Assembly (NCBI GenBank): GCA_002269645.1 | Contig: NIVC01004087.1 | Coordinates: 1 to 61,004, forward strand | Reading direction: 5' to 3' | DNA: 61,004 nt | Source: Macrostomum lignano | Lineage: Eukaryota | The notes under the pieces: model-generated | Databases searched by the model: none | Seen by the model: only the letters and a program-made list of their open reading frames with translations | What the model was told of the DNA's origin: nothing | Part shown: piece after piece, positions 42,416 through 56,800 of the stretch | Numbering within the stretch: position 1 is the stretch's first letter | Layout of the letters: each line of letters begins with the position of its first letter | Program-made: the position numbers and the translations under genes

Positions 42416-44315
42416 TCGGCCTGGCTGGATTGAAGTCTTCAAGATTCCAAGATTGACTGCTGATAAGCTCAGAATGGGTTGCACTGACTCCAAGGTGTGA
42501 CTGCTGTAACGGCTAAATGCGAGCTTTGAAGACTGAAACTGTTAACACACTGTTCATTTCTCAATCAAAACATTTCCTTCGTAAGCAAAGTTTTCTGTTA
42601 AATTTACACATTCTGAAAAAAAACTATAGTTAATTCTGGAATTAAATCATTAAAAACTGAGCTGTAGTGGCATTGCTATGCCTAGCCTTTATAGTTTCTC
42701 GTACACTCTAAATTAAAATTTATACTCAACGCACACACAGATAGAAGTCTTGTTTTTTTCTTGTTTCCTAAAATTCTACTTTAAATAGTGTTGTAGGTTT
42801 TTTTGTCCTCTTTATATTAGCAGTGACTCATTTGAAAGTTTTTTGAAAACGTAGTTTCTGTTTCAGCTAAGTTCATAATCTGTTATAGTAATTAATGTCT
42901 CTTTTAGCACAGGTAAATAGAAATGGTTAGAGTAAATTTCTATTCTCCGCTCTAAGTAAATTATAGCTGCTGCTTAAAGTAATATATAATCATGCGCCTA
43001 GCTATTTTTGTTTAAATAATCAAAATATATTGTATAACATCGTAACACAGTTTCACTGTTTTGTTAATTTGATAAAGACGTCGCGAGAAGTTCTGTAACT
43101 CTCAAAATTATCGACATGTTGTGGCTTGCTTTTGGATTTAAGGTTTACTTTAAAGGATTTGGGAAGCGCCGTAACAATTGGCGACAATCGAGCAGCAGAC
43201 AAGAGAGTGGACCCCTGAGCACGCACATGTGTAATGTATAGTGCCTAGATTCTCGAGACATTCTCGTCATCGCATGTTCATGTAATGTACGGATATGTTA
43301 TTACATGTATATGTATGCGCTTTGGGATTCATCCTCTGAGCAGAGGTGTTGACTCGCGCTACAAACGCTAGTATAGGTAGAATAAATGCGAACGCACAGT
43401 GAAAAGGAAACCAGATAAGTCTGCTGCGAGAGTTCAAAAGAATTGTATTACTTTTACTTTCTGTGACGGACTGACGGCTCGTCCGTCTGCCCTGTCAATT
43501 TATGTACTTTTGGTTTTGATTAATTTTTATGATACACTTCTGTTCGTTTGCTCTATGCTAAAAATGAGTTGTCTCCGGGTAAGATGGGTATCTGTGATTT
43601 ATTTATTTCAGAAATGATACCATTGTTGAACCAAGGACTATATAACTAAGTGTTCCTAGTGGTCCTTGTGTTGAACTTTTAGTTCTTTGAGCAAGATAAG
43701 ATCAATAAAAGCTGGGCAACATATTGTCTTAAAAAGAGAGCCAAAATAAAGCAGTGCTATTTTTATTTTATGTAGTTTCGTAACAGCTTTACTTACGGCA
43801 TTTCTGTTTTCAATTGGAAGTAAAAAAGATGGCCTTTTATAATATATTTTGTTTATAATATAATGACGCATTTTAAATGCTTGTTTCGTGATTTTGCAAG
43901 AAATGCAGCTTTCTATATTGTAAATGCCTAGCGCCGTGACGCTTTTAGTTGTATGATTGTATCCTATATGAATGAGAGATTATTTTTATGGTTATTATTT
44001 TGCAAATAATTCTACCCAAGAAATTCATATATTGACTCTTGACTGGAAAGTCAAGCCTACTACTACTAGTTGGCAGTTGCCTTCCTTCAGCGTTCAGCTT
44101 CAGCCTAAGCTTAGACTCAGAGCTCTGCTGAGTCAGACTGTAGTGTAGGCCTAGTCGTGTGTGTAGGCACTGACTGCCTATAGCAAATCTGTCATAACTC
44201 TCAGTGCTTTCACTAGCTAGGATAAGCGGCCTATGCAAAGGAATTTTTGTTAACCTAACCTTTATTGGTGAGAAATTAAATTCTAGCTTGTTTACTTTAA
44301 TGTAAGCAATTTAAT

Positions 44316-44413
44316 ATGGGACGCTTAAAGGATTTCTTTGAAGGCTGCAAGACAGGAAACATTTCTATTGTCACAGAGCTCATCAGCACCCATAAACAGA
44401 AGAATCCACTACT
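44316..44413 (+). CDS. Candidate first coding exon of an ANKS1/Caskin-like ankyrin-repeat protein
   Basis: The reading from ATG, MGRLKDFFEGCKTGNISIVTELISTHKQKNPLL, is followed by a gtgagt donor. It resembles the MGKEQELLEAARTG...VEKLL start of ANKS1/Caskin proteins. Downstream exons were not confidently found. Confidence 0.4.
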
Positions 44414-45532
44414 GTGAGTCAGCCTAGGCCTAACATAGCCTTAAGTCCTATAATTGATCATTTTTATTATATTTCATTTTAATTATCATTAATTTTATAA
44501 TATACAATTACAACTATTGAGATTATTTGGATTTTAAGATTCCTAAGCCTATCAATTATGAAATTCAAATAATCTATTAAACATAGTCTATATAACTATA
44601 TAGGCCACTTCTATTAGTATGGGTCATACTCATAGTAGTAGGGACTTCAGTGAGATTTTGAAAGTATATTTTTTGTATTTTTGATGTATATACATTTGAT
44701 AGAGAAAAGTGTTATAATTCTAAAATGGCCTCATTTCGACATTTGACCAATTTGATCAAAGAATAAAAAGTTATAACATTTTTGTGTGAAAAAATGATGC
44801 TTTTTAAATAGGAAAAATACACTAAGGGTTGATACCTTTTGAAGGGTGATGGTCACTTTGTCAACTGGCATTTCGTCAACTCGGTTGATGAAGTGACCAA
44901 AGTGTTGGGGCAACTTTACTGCTGGTTGACAAAGTGACCAATGCTAGGGTAAGATCTCATCAACCGAACATGAAAGTGTCATTTTTCGACATTCTCTCAT
45001 AGATAGCAAAAAAAGTTTAATGTGTAATAAAATGAAACTACTCCGAAGTTGTTTAAAACATTTTTTTCTTTCAAATGAATGTTCGCTTTACTTTATTGCA
45101 CAAGTAGAAAAAAAGTTATTGATGATTTTATCTCAAAACCGAACGATGATTCTAGGGTATCTTCAAACTGAACAGGGTATCTGACGTTCGGTTTTTGTGT
45201 TTGAACACTAATAACTTTTTTATTTCTCGTTCGTTTTTTCTAAAATATATATCATTGTAAAGATTAATTCATACTCTTTCTAAAAAGTATAACTTTCGCT
45301 TAGATAAATGTAGAAAAATATTGTTTATCTGCATTTGAATAGAGTACCCCCCATTGAATAGAAAAATCGTGAATTTTTACCTTTTTGCCATTTCTTTAAA
45401 CTCTTTCATGCTAAATTGATAAAAAGCCATATTTTTCTACTTATTTTAGACAGTCAAATCGGAAAAGCATTAAAGAATTTTTAAAAAACACAAGTTCTTT
45501 AAAGCAGAGCTGATACTTTGCCCATTTCGGAG

Positions 45533-47041
45533 TAGGGGGCGACCCAGTCCCGGGCCCGGGCCCGAAAAGTCGGGAATCCCGACCAAAATCGTGGCCCGAC
45601 CCGGGCCCGGGCCCGACCCTAAAAAAGTCGGGAAATCGGGACAAGTCTTTTTTCCCTAAAGGCACTAACTGCGTGCAAATAAGAATAAAATTATTTTTAT
45701 TCACAGCACAGCACAACACTCAGTTAAGCATTGCATCAGCACTCAAGACTCAAGCACTGCACGACTGCAGTAATAGTAATAGATGATATGATGTGAAGTA
45801 GCAATATCATTGATTCGTAGTAGGCTCTAAGCGTGAGCGTCTGTGACCGTGAGCGTCAGCCACAGCCAGTTTCCACTTTCCAGGAAGATCGGATTTTTTC
45901 CAGGAAGATAAAATTAAAACATAGTTGATGCAATATTGATTCCACTTTACACGCTGCAGGCTGCAGGCTAAAAGCAAAAATATGATTCTTTAAAAAGTTG
46001 ATTTGTCATTTTTAAGCTTTTGTAAATAACATTTCCTATTTACGTTCCAAGAAGTACTTATTAAGGGCCAAGGCTACCATTTTTCCAAGAAGTTTGCTAT
46101 CTATCAGAGTTTGTAATCGTGTTCATATTTGTATTGTATTCGTAGGTAGTTGTAGTTGTAGACTCAGTATCGTATTCGTAATCATATTCGTTTAGGTAGG
46201 TAGGTGAGCAGGTAGGCAGGTATCAGCTAATTACTTGTATTTCCATTGTCTGTTTGCCTGTTCTGTTGAGACAGTTGAGTGTTGTGTTGTGTTGTCACTT
46301 CATTTGTGTTCTGTTCTGTTGTCTTGTCTTGTTGTCTTACTGAATACTGACTGTGTACATGGCTCTTTATATTGAAGCTATGTAAAGGAACTAAAAATTC
46401 AAATAAAAGAATCAATCAATTGATTTGGTTCTTACTTCCTTACTGCTTCCAATGCCAAGTGCCTTACACTTAATGCTTCAGCTTTTCTTCTTTTTGCTTA
46501 CTGCCACTGCCAGTGCCAGCCGCACTACCGCAGTGCCTGCTTGCCTACCTCACTGCCTGTTAAGTGTTAGTGTCACTGTCACTGGCACACACACAGTACT
46601 TGTGCCACACAGTGACATTGAATTTGAACTATTGAGTATATTGATATTTGAGTATTAAGTCTTTTAATGTAACTCTTATCTATTCTGAAGTATTAACTAA
46701 TGTATTAAATAAAAATAATATTTATTATATATTTAATATAATATATTATATTTATATATTATTATATATTTAATATATTCATATATTATAATATATTTAA
46801 TGTTTATCATATATTTATTATACATTTAATATATTATATTAGATTTAATATATTAATATATTTATTATATATTTAATAGTAATCTGCATATGCTAAAAGT
46901 ATTAAGATTTATTATGATTTTTTTCCAATTATTGAGCTGTCCTAAAGATCTTGTCCCGAATTCCCGAGGCCCGACCCGGGCCCGAGTCCTCATTCCCGGG
47001 CCCGACCCGGGCCCGACTTTGGCCGTCCCGGTCGCCCCCTA
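45533..47041. mobile_element. Non-autonomous hAT-type element, 1509 bp
   Basis: 12-bp TIR TAGGGGGCGACC / GGTCGCCCCCTA, 8-bp TSD TTTCGGAG (45525-45532, 47042-47049), and clustered subterminal CCCGGGCCCGA motifs at both ends. No transposase ORF. Confidence 0.88.
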
Positions 47042-47516
47042 TTTCGGAGTTCTTCTGAAGGACCTACTAATGTTTCAGCTTTCAACATAAGCATTTATTT
47101 TGGCATTATTACCTTGTTTTTGAAAGAAAAAAGTACCTCTAGTATACTTTTAACCTTTTTTTATCATATAGTTAATATTTTTCAAAACTTAAGGAAGAAG
47201 AATAAAGTAAAAGTAAAAAATTGTAAAAAAACGATTTTTTTGCAAACAAGTTCTTGTAATTTTATATTTTATTTTTTCTCATCATACTCGTAAATTTTTA
47301 CTTCAAGTAGTCGCATGCAAGATGTGAAGAAAAAATGCTGTGGATTCTTAAAATTTTCCAGAAAACCATCACCTCGTTCTCAAACTGCAATCACTGCAAC
47401 AAGGTGGACCGCCAAAACCATAGGCTCATTGGCTTCATCTGTTTACCCCAGCCTTGTATACATGTAGATTTTTTGCAAAGACAAGAAAGAAAAAGCTCGC
47501 AATAAATATTCAAAAT

Positions 47517-48225
47517 CTGATAGAGAGCTGATAGAGAGGAGATAGACAGGCAGCTGATAGAGAGGAGATAGACAGGCAGCTGATAGAGAGGAGACAGGCA
47601 GGCGGCTGATAGAGAGGAGACGGGCGGGTGATAGAGAGGAGACGGGCGGCTGATAGAGAGGAGACGGGCGGCTGATAGAGAGGAGACGGGTGGCTGATAG
47701 AGGGGAGACGGGCGGCTGATAGAGTGGAGATAGACAGAAAGCTGATAAAGAGGAGACAGGCAGGCGGCTGATAGAGAGGAGACAAGCCGCTGATAGAGAG
47801 GAGATAGACAAGCGGCTGATAGAGAGGAGACGGGCGGCTGATAGAGAGGAGACAGAAAGCTGATAGAGAGGAGACAGACAGGCCGCTGATAGAGAGGAGA
47901 TAGACAAGCGGCTGATAGAGAGGAGACGGGCGGCTGATAGAGAGGAGACGGGCGGCTGATAGAGAGGAGACAGACAGGCAGCTTATAGAGAGGAGATAGA
48001 CAAGCGGCTGATAGAGAGGAGACGGGCGGCTGATAGAGAGGAGACAGGCAGCTTATAGAGAGGAGATAGACAAGCGGCTGATAGAGAGGAGACGGGCGGC
48101 TGATAGAGAGGAGACAGGCAGCTGATAGAGAGGAGACGGGCGGCTGATAGAGAGGAGACGGGCGGCTGATAGAGAGGAGACGGGCGGCTGATAGAGAGTA
48201 GACGGGCGGCTGATGGAGAGATAGA
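47517..48225. repeat. 22-26-bp minisatellite (GCTGATAGAGAGGAGACGGGCG)
   Basis: Seen directly. Confidence 0.92.
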
Positions 48226-48774
48226 GAGGCCGTTAACGTAGACTATGAATACAAAGTCAATAATTAGAAGCAAAATTTTTAAGCGTTTCGCGAAGGCAGC
48301 AGTAATCCGGATGTCCGATCTCGAAACGATGTTGCAGATGTCAGTTGATATTGATGAGCCTTGAAAATCAAATGTCTAACGTAGCTAGGGCCAATTGGTT
48401 TTTAACCTGATTCAAATATTTTAAACGCATGAATGGACGTTGGAAAGTTGATTGGTGCCGCAGGAAAGCAAACAGAAACAGCCAATCCTCATGACTGCGC
48501 AAGGAATTCGGCTAACCAATGACAGCACGAGGAAAACTGGTCATGTCTGCGTAGGCCAAATTTTCTCCTCGTCGTTCAGTTTTTGAAATCTGGATGCAAG
48601 AACTTTAGATGGGAATTATCCATCTCTCACTCTGGCCACATCTATATGTAGCGCTTTTTTATTTACAGTTGGAATCCCAAATTCTGGATCAGCCAAAGGA
48701 TTTTTTATGCTTAAATCTGCTGACACTGGGACTAGAATAAGCCAGCGGATCCTTTCTCCCTATCCACTCCTTTT

Positions 48775-50070
48775 CCATCCGCCCCTTCCTCTGCATCCGC
48801 CCTTCCTCTGCATCTGCCCTTCCTCTGCATCCGCCCTTCCTCTGCATCTGCCCTTCCTCTGCATCCGCCCCTTCCTCTACACCCGCCCTTCCTCTGCATC
48901 TGCCCTTCCTCTGATTCCATCCCTTCCTCTGCATCTGCCCTTCCTCTGCATGCATCCCTTCCTCTGCATCCGCCCTTCCTCTGCATGCATCCCTTCCTCT
49001 GCATCCGCCCCTTCCTCTACACCCGCCCTTCCTCTGCATCCGCCCTTCCTCTGCATCCGCCCTTCCTCTGCATCCGCCCTTCCTCTGCATCCGCCCCTTC
49101 CTCTGCATCCGCCCCTTCCTCTGCATCCGCCCCTTCCTCTACACCCGCCCTTCCTCTGCATCTGCCCTTCCTCTGATTCCATCCCTTCCTCTGCATCCGC
49201 CCTTCCTCTGCATGCATCCCTTCCTCTGCATCTGCCCCTTCCTCTGCATCCGCCCTTCCTCTGCATCCGCCCTTCCTCTGCATGCATCCCTTCCTCTGCA
49301 TCTGCCCCTTCCTCTACACCCGCCCTTCCTCTGCATCCGCCCTTCCTCTGCATCCGCCCCTTCCTCTGCATCCGCCCTTCCTCTGCATCTGCCCCTTCCT
49401 CTACACCCGCCCTTCCTCTGCATCCGCCCTTCCTCTGCATCCGCCCTTCCTCTGCATCCGCCCCTTCCTCTGCATCCGCCCCTTCCTCTGCATCCGCCCC
49501 TTCCTCTGCATCCGCCCTTCCTCTGATTCCATCCCTTCCTCTGATTCCATCCCTTCCTCTGCATCCGCCCCTTCCTCTGCATCCGCCCTTCCTCTGATTC
49601 CATCCCTTCCTCTGATTCCATCCCTTCCTCTTCATCCATCCCTTCCTCTGCATCCGCCCCTTCCTCTGCATCCGCCCCTTCCTCTGCATCCGCCCTTCCT
49701 CTGCATCCGCCCTTCCTCTGCATCTGCCCTTCCTCTACACCCGCCCTTCCTCTGCATCCGCCCTTCCTCTGCATCCGCCCCTTCCTCTGCATCCGCCCTT
49801 CCTCTGCATCTGCCCCTTCCTCTACACCCGCCCTTCCTCTGCATCCGCCCTTCCTCTGCATCCGCCCCTTCCTCTGCATCCGCCCTTCCTCTGCATCTGC
49901 CCCTTCCTCTACACCCGCCCTTCCTCTGCATCCGCCCTTCCTCTGCATCCGCCCCTTCCTCTGCATCTGCCCTTCCTCTGATTCCATCCCTTCCTCTTCA
50001 TCCATCCCTTCCTCTGCATCTGCCCCTTCCTCTGCATCCGCCCTTCCTCTGCATCCGCCTCTTCCTCTCC
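48775..50070. repeat. 18-19-bp pyrimidine-rich minisatellite (CTTCCTCTGCATCCGCCC)
   Basis: Seen directly. Confidence 0.93.
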
Positions 50071-50853
50071 ATCTGCTTTTTTCTTTCCATCTGCTCCTTC
50101 TAAAAATAAATATCAAAATTGAGCAACAGGAGTATGAACGGGATGCTGCATGCAAAGCATGGATTTATCTCTCTCGCTTCATTGCGGTCGCTATTTAGGC
50201 CATATCATTTATTTACTTCGTGGAAAGGGCGTGAAGTTATGACATAATGCTTCTGGCGCTTCGTTAGGCCCATCATGTCTAAAATGTGCGCGAATTGGTT
50301 CCAGGCTCACCACGAAGTGCGAAAACAAACCGAATTTTCCAAAACAGTCGATAGTCAGAGATAAGGATAGGTGGATCATGCCGCCTATTGCCTCAGAAAA
50401 GGCCCAGGGTCTGGGATTCTAGACAATAGACCAATACTTGACTATTGGGTGCGAAAAATCGTGCTTAGAATTTGAGCCTAATCCTACGGACTTAAAATGT
50501 GCGAATTTAAATTCGGTTCCCAGTAAAAATGAATTAATAGACACAGCCCTTATCGCAAACCGTCTGTCACCCAATTTTTCGCACCTACGAGTAAAAAGTA
50601 ACTCGAAAATCGGCTCAATTCGCACACGTTGTCTATGTTTTGGCACGGGTGTGAAGATGGAATTGCCCAAGGCAGCTTCGGCCACTCATCAATTCGTAAA
50701 AGGACTGAAAGATTTCATACTTTTTGTTTGCGTAAAAGTTTGCCTACTTTTTGTGGGGCCCTCTTAGGTAAGATTTTAGATAAGCTAAGGTCAAAGTGAT
50801 TAGATTGGACCCAAAAGCACCTTTGAGTATATAAAAGCTATAGCTAGCTAGTC

Positions 50854-53800
50854 TCTTCATCAAACCGGCTGATTCCTTCTCTAACTGTCTCTGTGTATCC
50901 CAGCACCTGAGTCTATCATGAATTCAGAATGAGCTGAGTTTGGCCTAGCTCAGCATTTTCACTCAAACACAGAGAGGACTTGAGAGCCGCTATAATCTTC
51001 ATCAAACCGGCTGATTCCTTCTCTAACTGTCTCTGTGTATCCCAGCACCTGAGTCTATCATGAATTCAGAATGAGCTGAGTTTGGCCTAGCTCAGCATTT
51101 TCACTCAAACACAGAGAGGACTTGAGAGCCGCTATAATCTTCATCAAACCGGCTGATTCCTTCTCTAACTGTCTCTGTGTATCCCAGCACCTGAGTCTAT
51201 CATGAATTCAGAATGAGCTGAGTTTGGCCTAGCTCAGCATTTTCACTCAAACACAGAGAGGACTTGAGAGCCGCTATAATCTTCATCAAACCGGCTGATT
51301 CCTTCTCTAACTGTCTCTGTGTATCCCAGCACCTGAGTCTATCATGAATTCAGAATGAGCTGAGTTTGGCCTAGCTCAGCATTTTCACTCAAACACAGAG
51401 AGGACTTGAGAGCCGCTATAATCTTCATCAAACCGGCTGATTCCTTCTCTAACTGTCTCTGTGTATCCCAGCACCTGAGTCTATCATGAATTCAGAATGA
51501 GCTGAGTTTGGCCTAGCTCAGCATTTTCACTCAAACACAGAGAGGACTTGAGAGCCGCTATAATCTTCATCAAACCGGCTGATTCCTTCTCTAACTGTCT
51601 CTGTGTATCCCAGCACCTGAGTCTATCATGAATTCAGAATGAGCTGAGTTTGGCCTAGCTCAGCATTTTCACTCAAACACAGAGAGGACTTGAGAGCCGC
51701 TATAATCTTCATCAAACCGGCTGATTCCTTCTCTAACTGTCTCTGTGTATCCCAGCACCTGAGTCTATCATGAATTCAGAATGAGCTGAGTTTGGCCTAG
51801 CTCAGCATTTTCACTCAAACACAGAGAGGACTTGAGAGCCGCTATAATCTTCATCAAACCGGCTGATTCCTTCTCTAACTGTCTCTGTGTATCCCAGCAC
51901 CTGAGTCTATCATGAATTCAGAATGAGCTGAGTTTGGCCTAGCTCAGCATTTTCACTCAAACACAGAGAGGACTTGAGAGCCGCTATAATCTTCATCAAA
52001 CCGGCTGATTCCTTCTCTAACTGTCTCTGTGTATCCCAGCACCTGAGTCTATCATGAATTCAGAATGAGCTGAGTTTGGCCTAGCTCAGCATTTTCACTC
52101 AAACACAGAGAGGACTTGAGAGCCGCTATAATCTTCATCAAACCGACTGATTCCTTCTCTAACTGTCTCTGTGTATCCCAGCACCTGAGTCTATCGTGAA
52201 TTCAGAATGAGCTGAGTTTGGCCTAGCTCAGCATTTTCACTCAAACACAGAGAGGACTTGAGAGCCGCTATAATCTTCATCAAACCGGCTGATTCCTTCT
52301 CTAACTGTCTCTGTGTATCCCAGCACCTGAGTCTATCATGAATTCAGAATGAGCTGAGTTTGGCCTAGCTCAGCATTTTCACTCAAACACAGAGAGGACT
52401 TGAGAGCCGCTATAATCTTCATCAAACCGGCTGATTCCTTCTCTAACTGTCTCTGTGTATCCCAGCACCTGAGTCTATCATGAATTCAGAATGAGCTGAG
52501 TTTGGCCTAGCTCAGCATTTTCACTCAAACACACAGAGGACTTGAGAGCCGCTATAATCTTCATCAAACCGGCTGATTCCTTCTCTAACTGTCTCTGTGT
52601 GTCCCAGCACCTGAGTCTATCATGAATTCAGAATGAGCTGAGTTTGGCCTAGCTCAGCATTTTCACTCAAACACAGAGGACTTGAGAGCCGCTATAATCT
52701 TCATCAAACCGGCTGATTCCTTCTCTAACTGTCTCTGTGTATCCCAGCACCTGAGTCTATCATGAATTCAGAATGAGCTGAGTTTGGCCTAGCTCAGCAT
52801 TTTCACTCAAACACAGAGAGGACTTGAGAGCCGCTATAATCTTCATCAAACCGGCTGATTCCTTCTCTAACTGTCTCTGTATATCCCAGCACCTGAGTCT
52901 ATCATGAATTCAGAATGAGCTGAGTTTGGCCTAGCTCAGCATTTTCACTCAAACACAGAGGACTTAAGAGCCGCTATAATCTTCATCAAACCGGCTGATT
53001 CCTTCTCTAACTGTCTCTGTGTGTCCCAGCACCTGAGTCTATCATGAATTCAGAATGAGCTGAGTTTGGCCTAGCTCAGCATTTTCACTCAAACACAGAG
53101 GACTTGAGAGCCGCTATAATCTTCATCAAACCGGCTGATTCCTTCTCTAACTGTCTCTGTGTGTCCCAGCACCTGAGTCTATCATGAATTCAGAATGAGC
53201 TGAGTTTGGCCTAGCTCAGCATTTTCACTCAAACACACAGAGGACTTGAGAGCCGCTATAATCTTCATCAAACCGGCTGATTCCTTCTCTAACTGTCTCT
53301 GTGTGTCCCAGCACCTGAGTCTATCATGAATTCAGAATGAGCTGAGTTTGGCCTAGCTCAGCATTTTCACTCAAACACAGAGAGGACTTGAGAGCCGCTA
53401 TAATCTTCATCAAACCGGCTGATTCCTTCTCTAACTGTCTCTGTGTATCCCAGCACCTGAGTCTATCATGAATTCAGAATGAGCTGAGTTTGGCCTAGCT
53501 CAGCATTTTCACTCAAACACAGAGAGGACTTGAGAGCCGCTATAATCTTCATCAAACCGGCTGATTCCTTCTCTAACTGTCTCTGTGTATCCCAGCACCT
53601 GAGTCTATCATGAATTCAGAATGAGCTGAGTTTGGCCTAGCTCAGCATTTTCACTCAAACACAGAGAGGACTTGAGAGCCGCTATAATCTTCATCAAACC
53701 GGCTGATTCCTTCTCTAACTGTCTCTGTGTATCCCAGCACCTGAGTCTATCATGAATTCAGAATGAGCTGAGTTTGGCCTAGCTCAGCATTTTCACTCAA

Positions 53801-56800
53801 ACACAGAGAGGACTTGAGAGCCGCTATAATCTTCATCAAACCGGCTGATTCCTTCTCTAACTGTCTCTGTATATCCCAGCACCTGAGTCTATCATGAATT
53901 CAGAATGAGCTGAGTTTGGCCTAGCTCAGCATTTTCACTCAAACACAGAGGACTTGAGAGCCGCTATAATCTTCATCAAACCGGCTGATTCCTTCTCTAA
54001 CTGTCTCTGTGTATCCCAGCACCTGAGTCTATCATGAATTCAGAATGAGCTGAGTTTGGCCTAGCTCAGCATTTTCACTCAAACACAGAGGACTTGAGAG
54101 CCGCTATAATCTTCATCAAACCGGCTGATTCCTTCTCTAACTGTCTCTGTGTGTCCCAGCACCTGAGTCTATCATGAATTCAGAATGAGCTGAGTTTGGC
54201 CTAGCTCAGCATTTTCACTCAAACACACAGAGGACTTGAGAGCCGCTATAATCTTCATCAAACCGGCTGATTCCTTCTCTAACTGTCTCTGTGTGTCCCA
54301 GCACCTGAGTCTATCATGAATTCAGAATGAGCTGAGTTTGGCCTAGCTCAGCATTTTCACTCAAACACAGAGAGGACTTGAGAGCCGCTATAATCTTCAT
54401 CAAACCGGCTGATTCCTTCTCTAACTGTCTCTGTGTATCCCAGCACCTGAGTCTATCATGAATTCAGAATGAGCTGAGTTTGGCCTAGCTCAGCATTTTC
54501 ACTCAAACACAGAGAGGACTTGAGAGCCGCTATAATCTTCATCAAACCGGCTGATTCCTTCTCTAACTGTCTCTGTGTATCCCAGCACCTGAGTCTATCA
54601 TGAATTCAGAATGAGCTGAGTTTGGCCTAGCTCAGCATTTTCACTCAAACACAGAGAGGACTTGAGAGCCGCTATAATCTTCATCAAACCGGCTGATTCC
54701 TTCTCTAACTGTCTCTGTGTATCCCAGCACCTGAGTCTATCATGAATTCAGAATGAGCTGAGTTTGGCCTAGCTCAGCATTTTCACTCAAACACAGAGAG
54801 GACTTGAGAGCCGCTATAATCTTCATCAAACCGGCTGATTCCTTCTCTAACTGTCTCTGTGTGTCCCAGCACCTGAGTCTATCATGAATTCAGAATGAGC
54901 TGAGTTTGGCCTAGCTCAGCATTTTCACTCAAACACAGAGAGGACTTGAGAGCCGCTATAATCTTCATCAAACCGGCTGATTCCTTCTCTAACTGTCTCT
55001 GTGTATCCCAGCACCTGAGTCTATCATGAATTCAGAATGAGCTGAGTTTGGCCTAGCTCAGCATTTTCACTCAAACACAGAGAGGACTTGAGAGCCGCTA
55101 TAATCTTCATCAAACCGGCTGATTCCTTCTCTAACTGTCTCTGTGTATCCAGCACCTGAGTCTATCATGAATTCAGAATGAGCTGAGTTTGGCCTAGCTC
55201 AGCATTTTCACTCAAACACAGAGAGGACTTGAGAGCCGCTATAATCTTCATCAAACCGGCTGATTCCTTCTCTAACTGTCTCTGTGTATCCCAGCACCTG
55301 AGTCTATCATGAATTCAGAATGAGCTGAGTTTGGCCTAGCTCAGCATTTTCACTCAAACACAGAGAGGACTTGAGAGCCGCTATAATCTTCATCAAACCG
55401 GCTGATTCCTTCTCTAACTGTCTCTGTGTATCCCAGCACCTGAGTCTATCATGAATTCAGAATGAGCTGAGTTTGGCCTAGCTCAGCATTTTCACTCAAA
55501 CACAGAGAGGACTTGAGAGCCGCTATAATCTTCATCAAACCGGCTGATTCCTTCTCTAACTGTCTCTGTGTATCCCAGCACCTGAGTCTATCATGAATTC
55601 AGAATGAGCTGAGTTTGGCCTAGCTCAGCATTTTCACTCAAACACAGAGAGGACTTGAGAGCCGCTATAATCTTCATCAAACCGACTGATTCCTTCTCTA
55701 ACTGTCTCTGTGTATCCCAGCACCTGAGTCTATCATGAATTCAGAATGAGCTGAGTTTGGCCTAGCTCAGCATTTTCACTCAAACACAGAGAGGACTTGA
55801 GAGCCGCTATAATCTTCATCAAACCGGCTGATTCCTTCTCTAACTGTCTCTGTGTATCCAGCACCTGAGTCTATCATGAATTCAGAATGAGCTGAGTTTG
55901 GCCTAGCTCAGCATTTTCACTCAAACACAGAGAGGACTTGAGAGCCGCTATAATCTTCATCAAACCGGCTGATTCCTTCTCTAACTGTCTCTGTGTATCC
56001 AGCACCTGAGTCTATCATGAATTCAGAATGAGCTGAGTTTGGCCTAGCTCAGCATTTTCACTCAAACACAGAGAGGACTTGAGAGCCGCTATAATCTTCA
56101 TCAAACCGGCTGATTCCTTCTCTAACTGTCTCTGTGTATCCCAGCACCTGAGTCTATCATGAATTCAGAATGAGCTGAGTTTGGCCTAGCTCAGCATTTT
56201 CACTCAAACACAGAGAGGACTTGAGAGCCGCTATAATCTTCATCAAACCGGCTGATTCCTTCTCTAACTGTCTCTGTGTATCCCAGCACCTGAGTCTATC
56301 ATGAATTCAGAATGAGCTGAGTTTGGCCTAGCTCAGCATTTTCACTCAAACACAGAGAGGACTTGAGAGCCGCTATAATCTTCATCAAACCGGCTGATTC
56401 CTTCTCTAACTGTCTCTGTGTATCCCAGCACCTGAGTCTATCATGAATTCAGAATGAGCTGAGTTTGGCCTAGCTCAGCATTTTCACTCAAACACAGAGA
56501 GGACTTGAGAGCCGCTATAATCTTCATCAAACCGGCTGATTCCTTCTCTAACTGTCTCTGTGTATCCCAGCACCTGAGTCTATCATGAATTCAGAATGAG
56601 CTGAGTTTGGCCTAGCTCAGCATTTTCACTCAAACACAGAGAGGACTTGAGAGCCGCTATAATCTTCATCAAACCGGCTGATTCCTTCTCTAACTGTCTC
56701 TGTGTATCCCAGCACCTGAGTCTATCATGAATTCAGAATGAGCTGAGTTTGGCCTAGCTCAGCATTTTCACTCAAACACAGAGAGGACTTGAGAGCCGCT

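Noticed and set aside
32515-42493. 326-344-aa antisense ORFs over each AK exon
   Set aside because: These are shadow ORFs caused by strong GC3 codon bias. They coincide with the sense exons and show no recognisable motifs.
44850-44940. 16-bp inverted repeat (TGGTCACTTTGTCAAC) as a MITE
   Set aside because: No TSD was found, and it is too short to classify.
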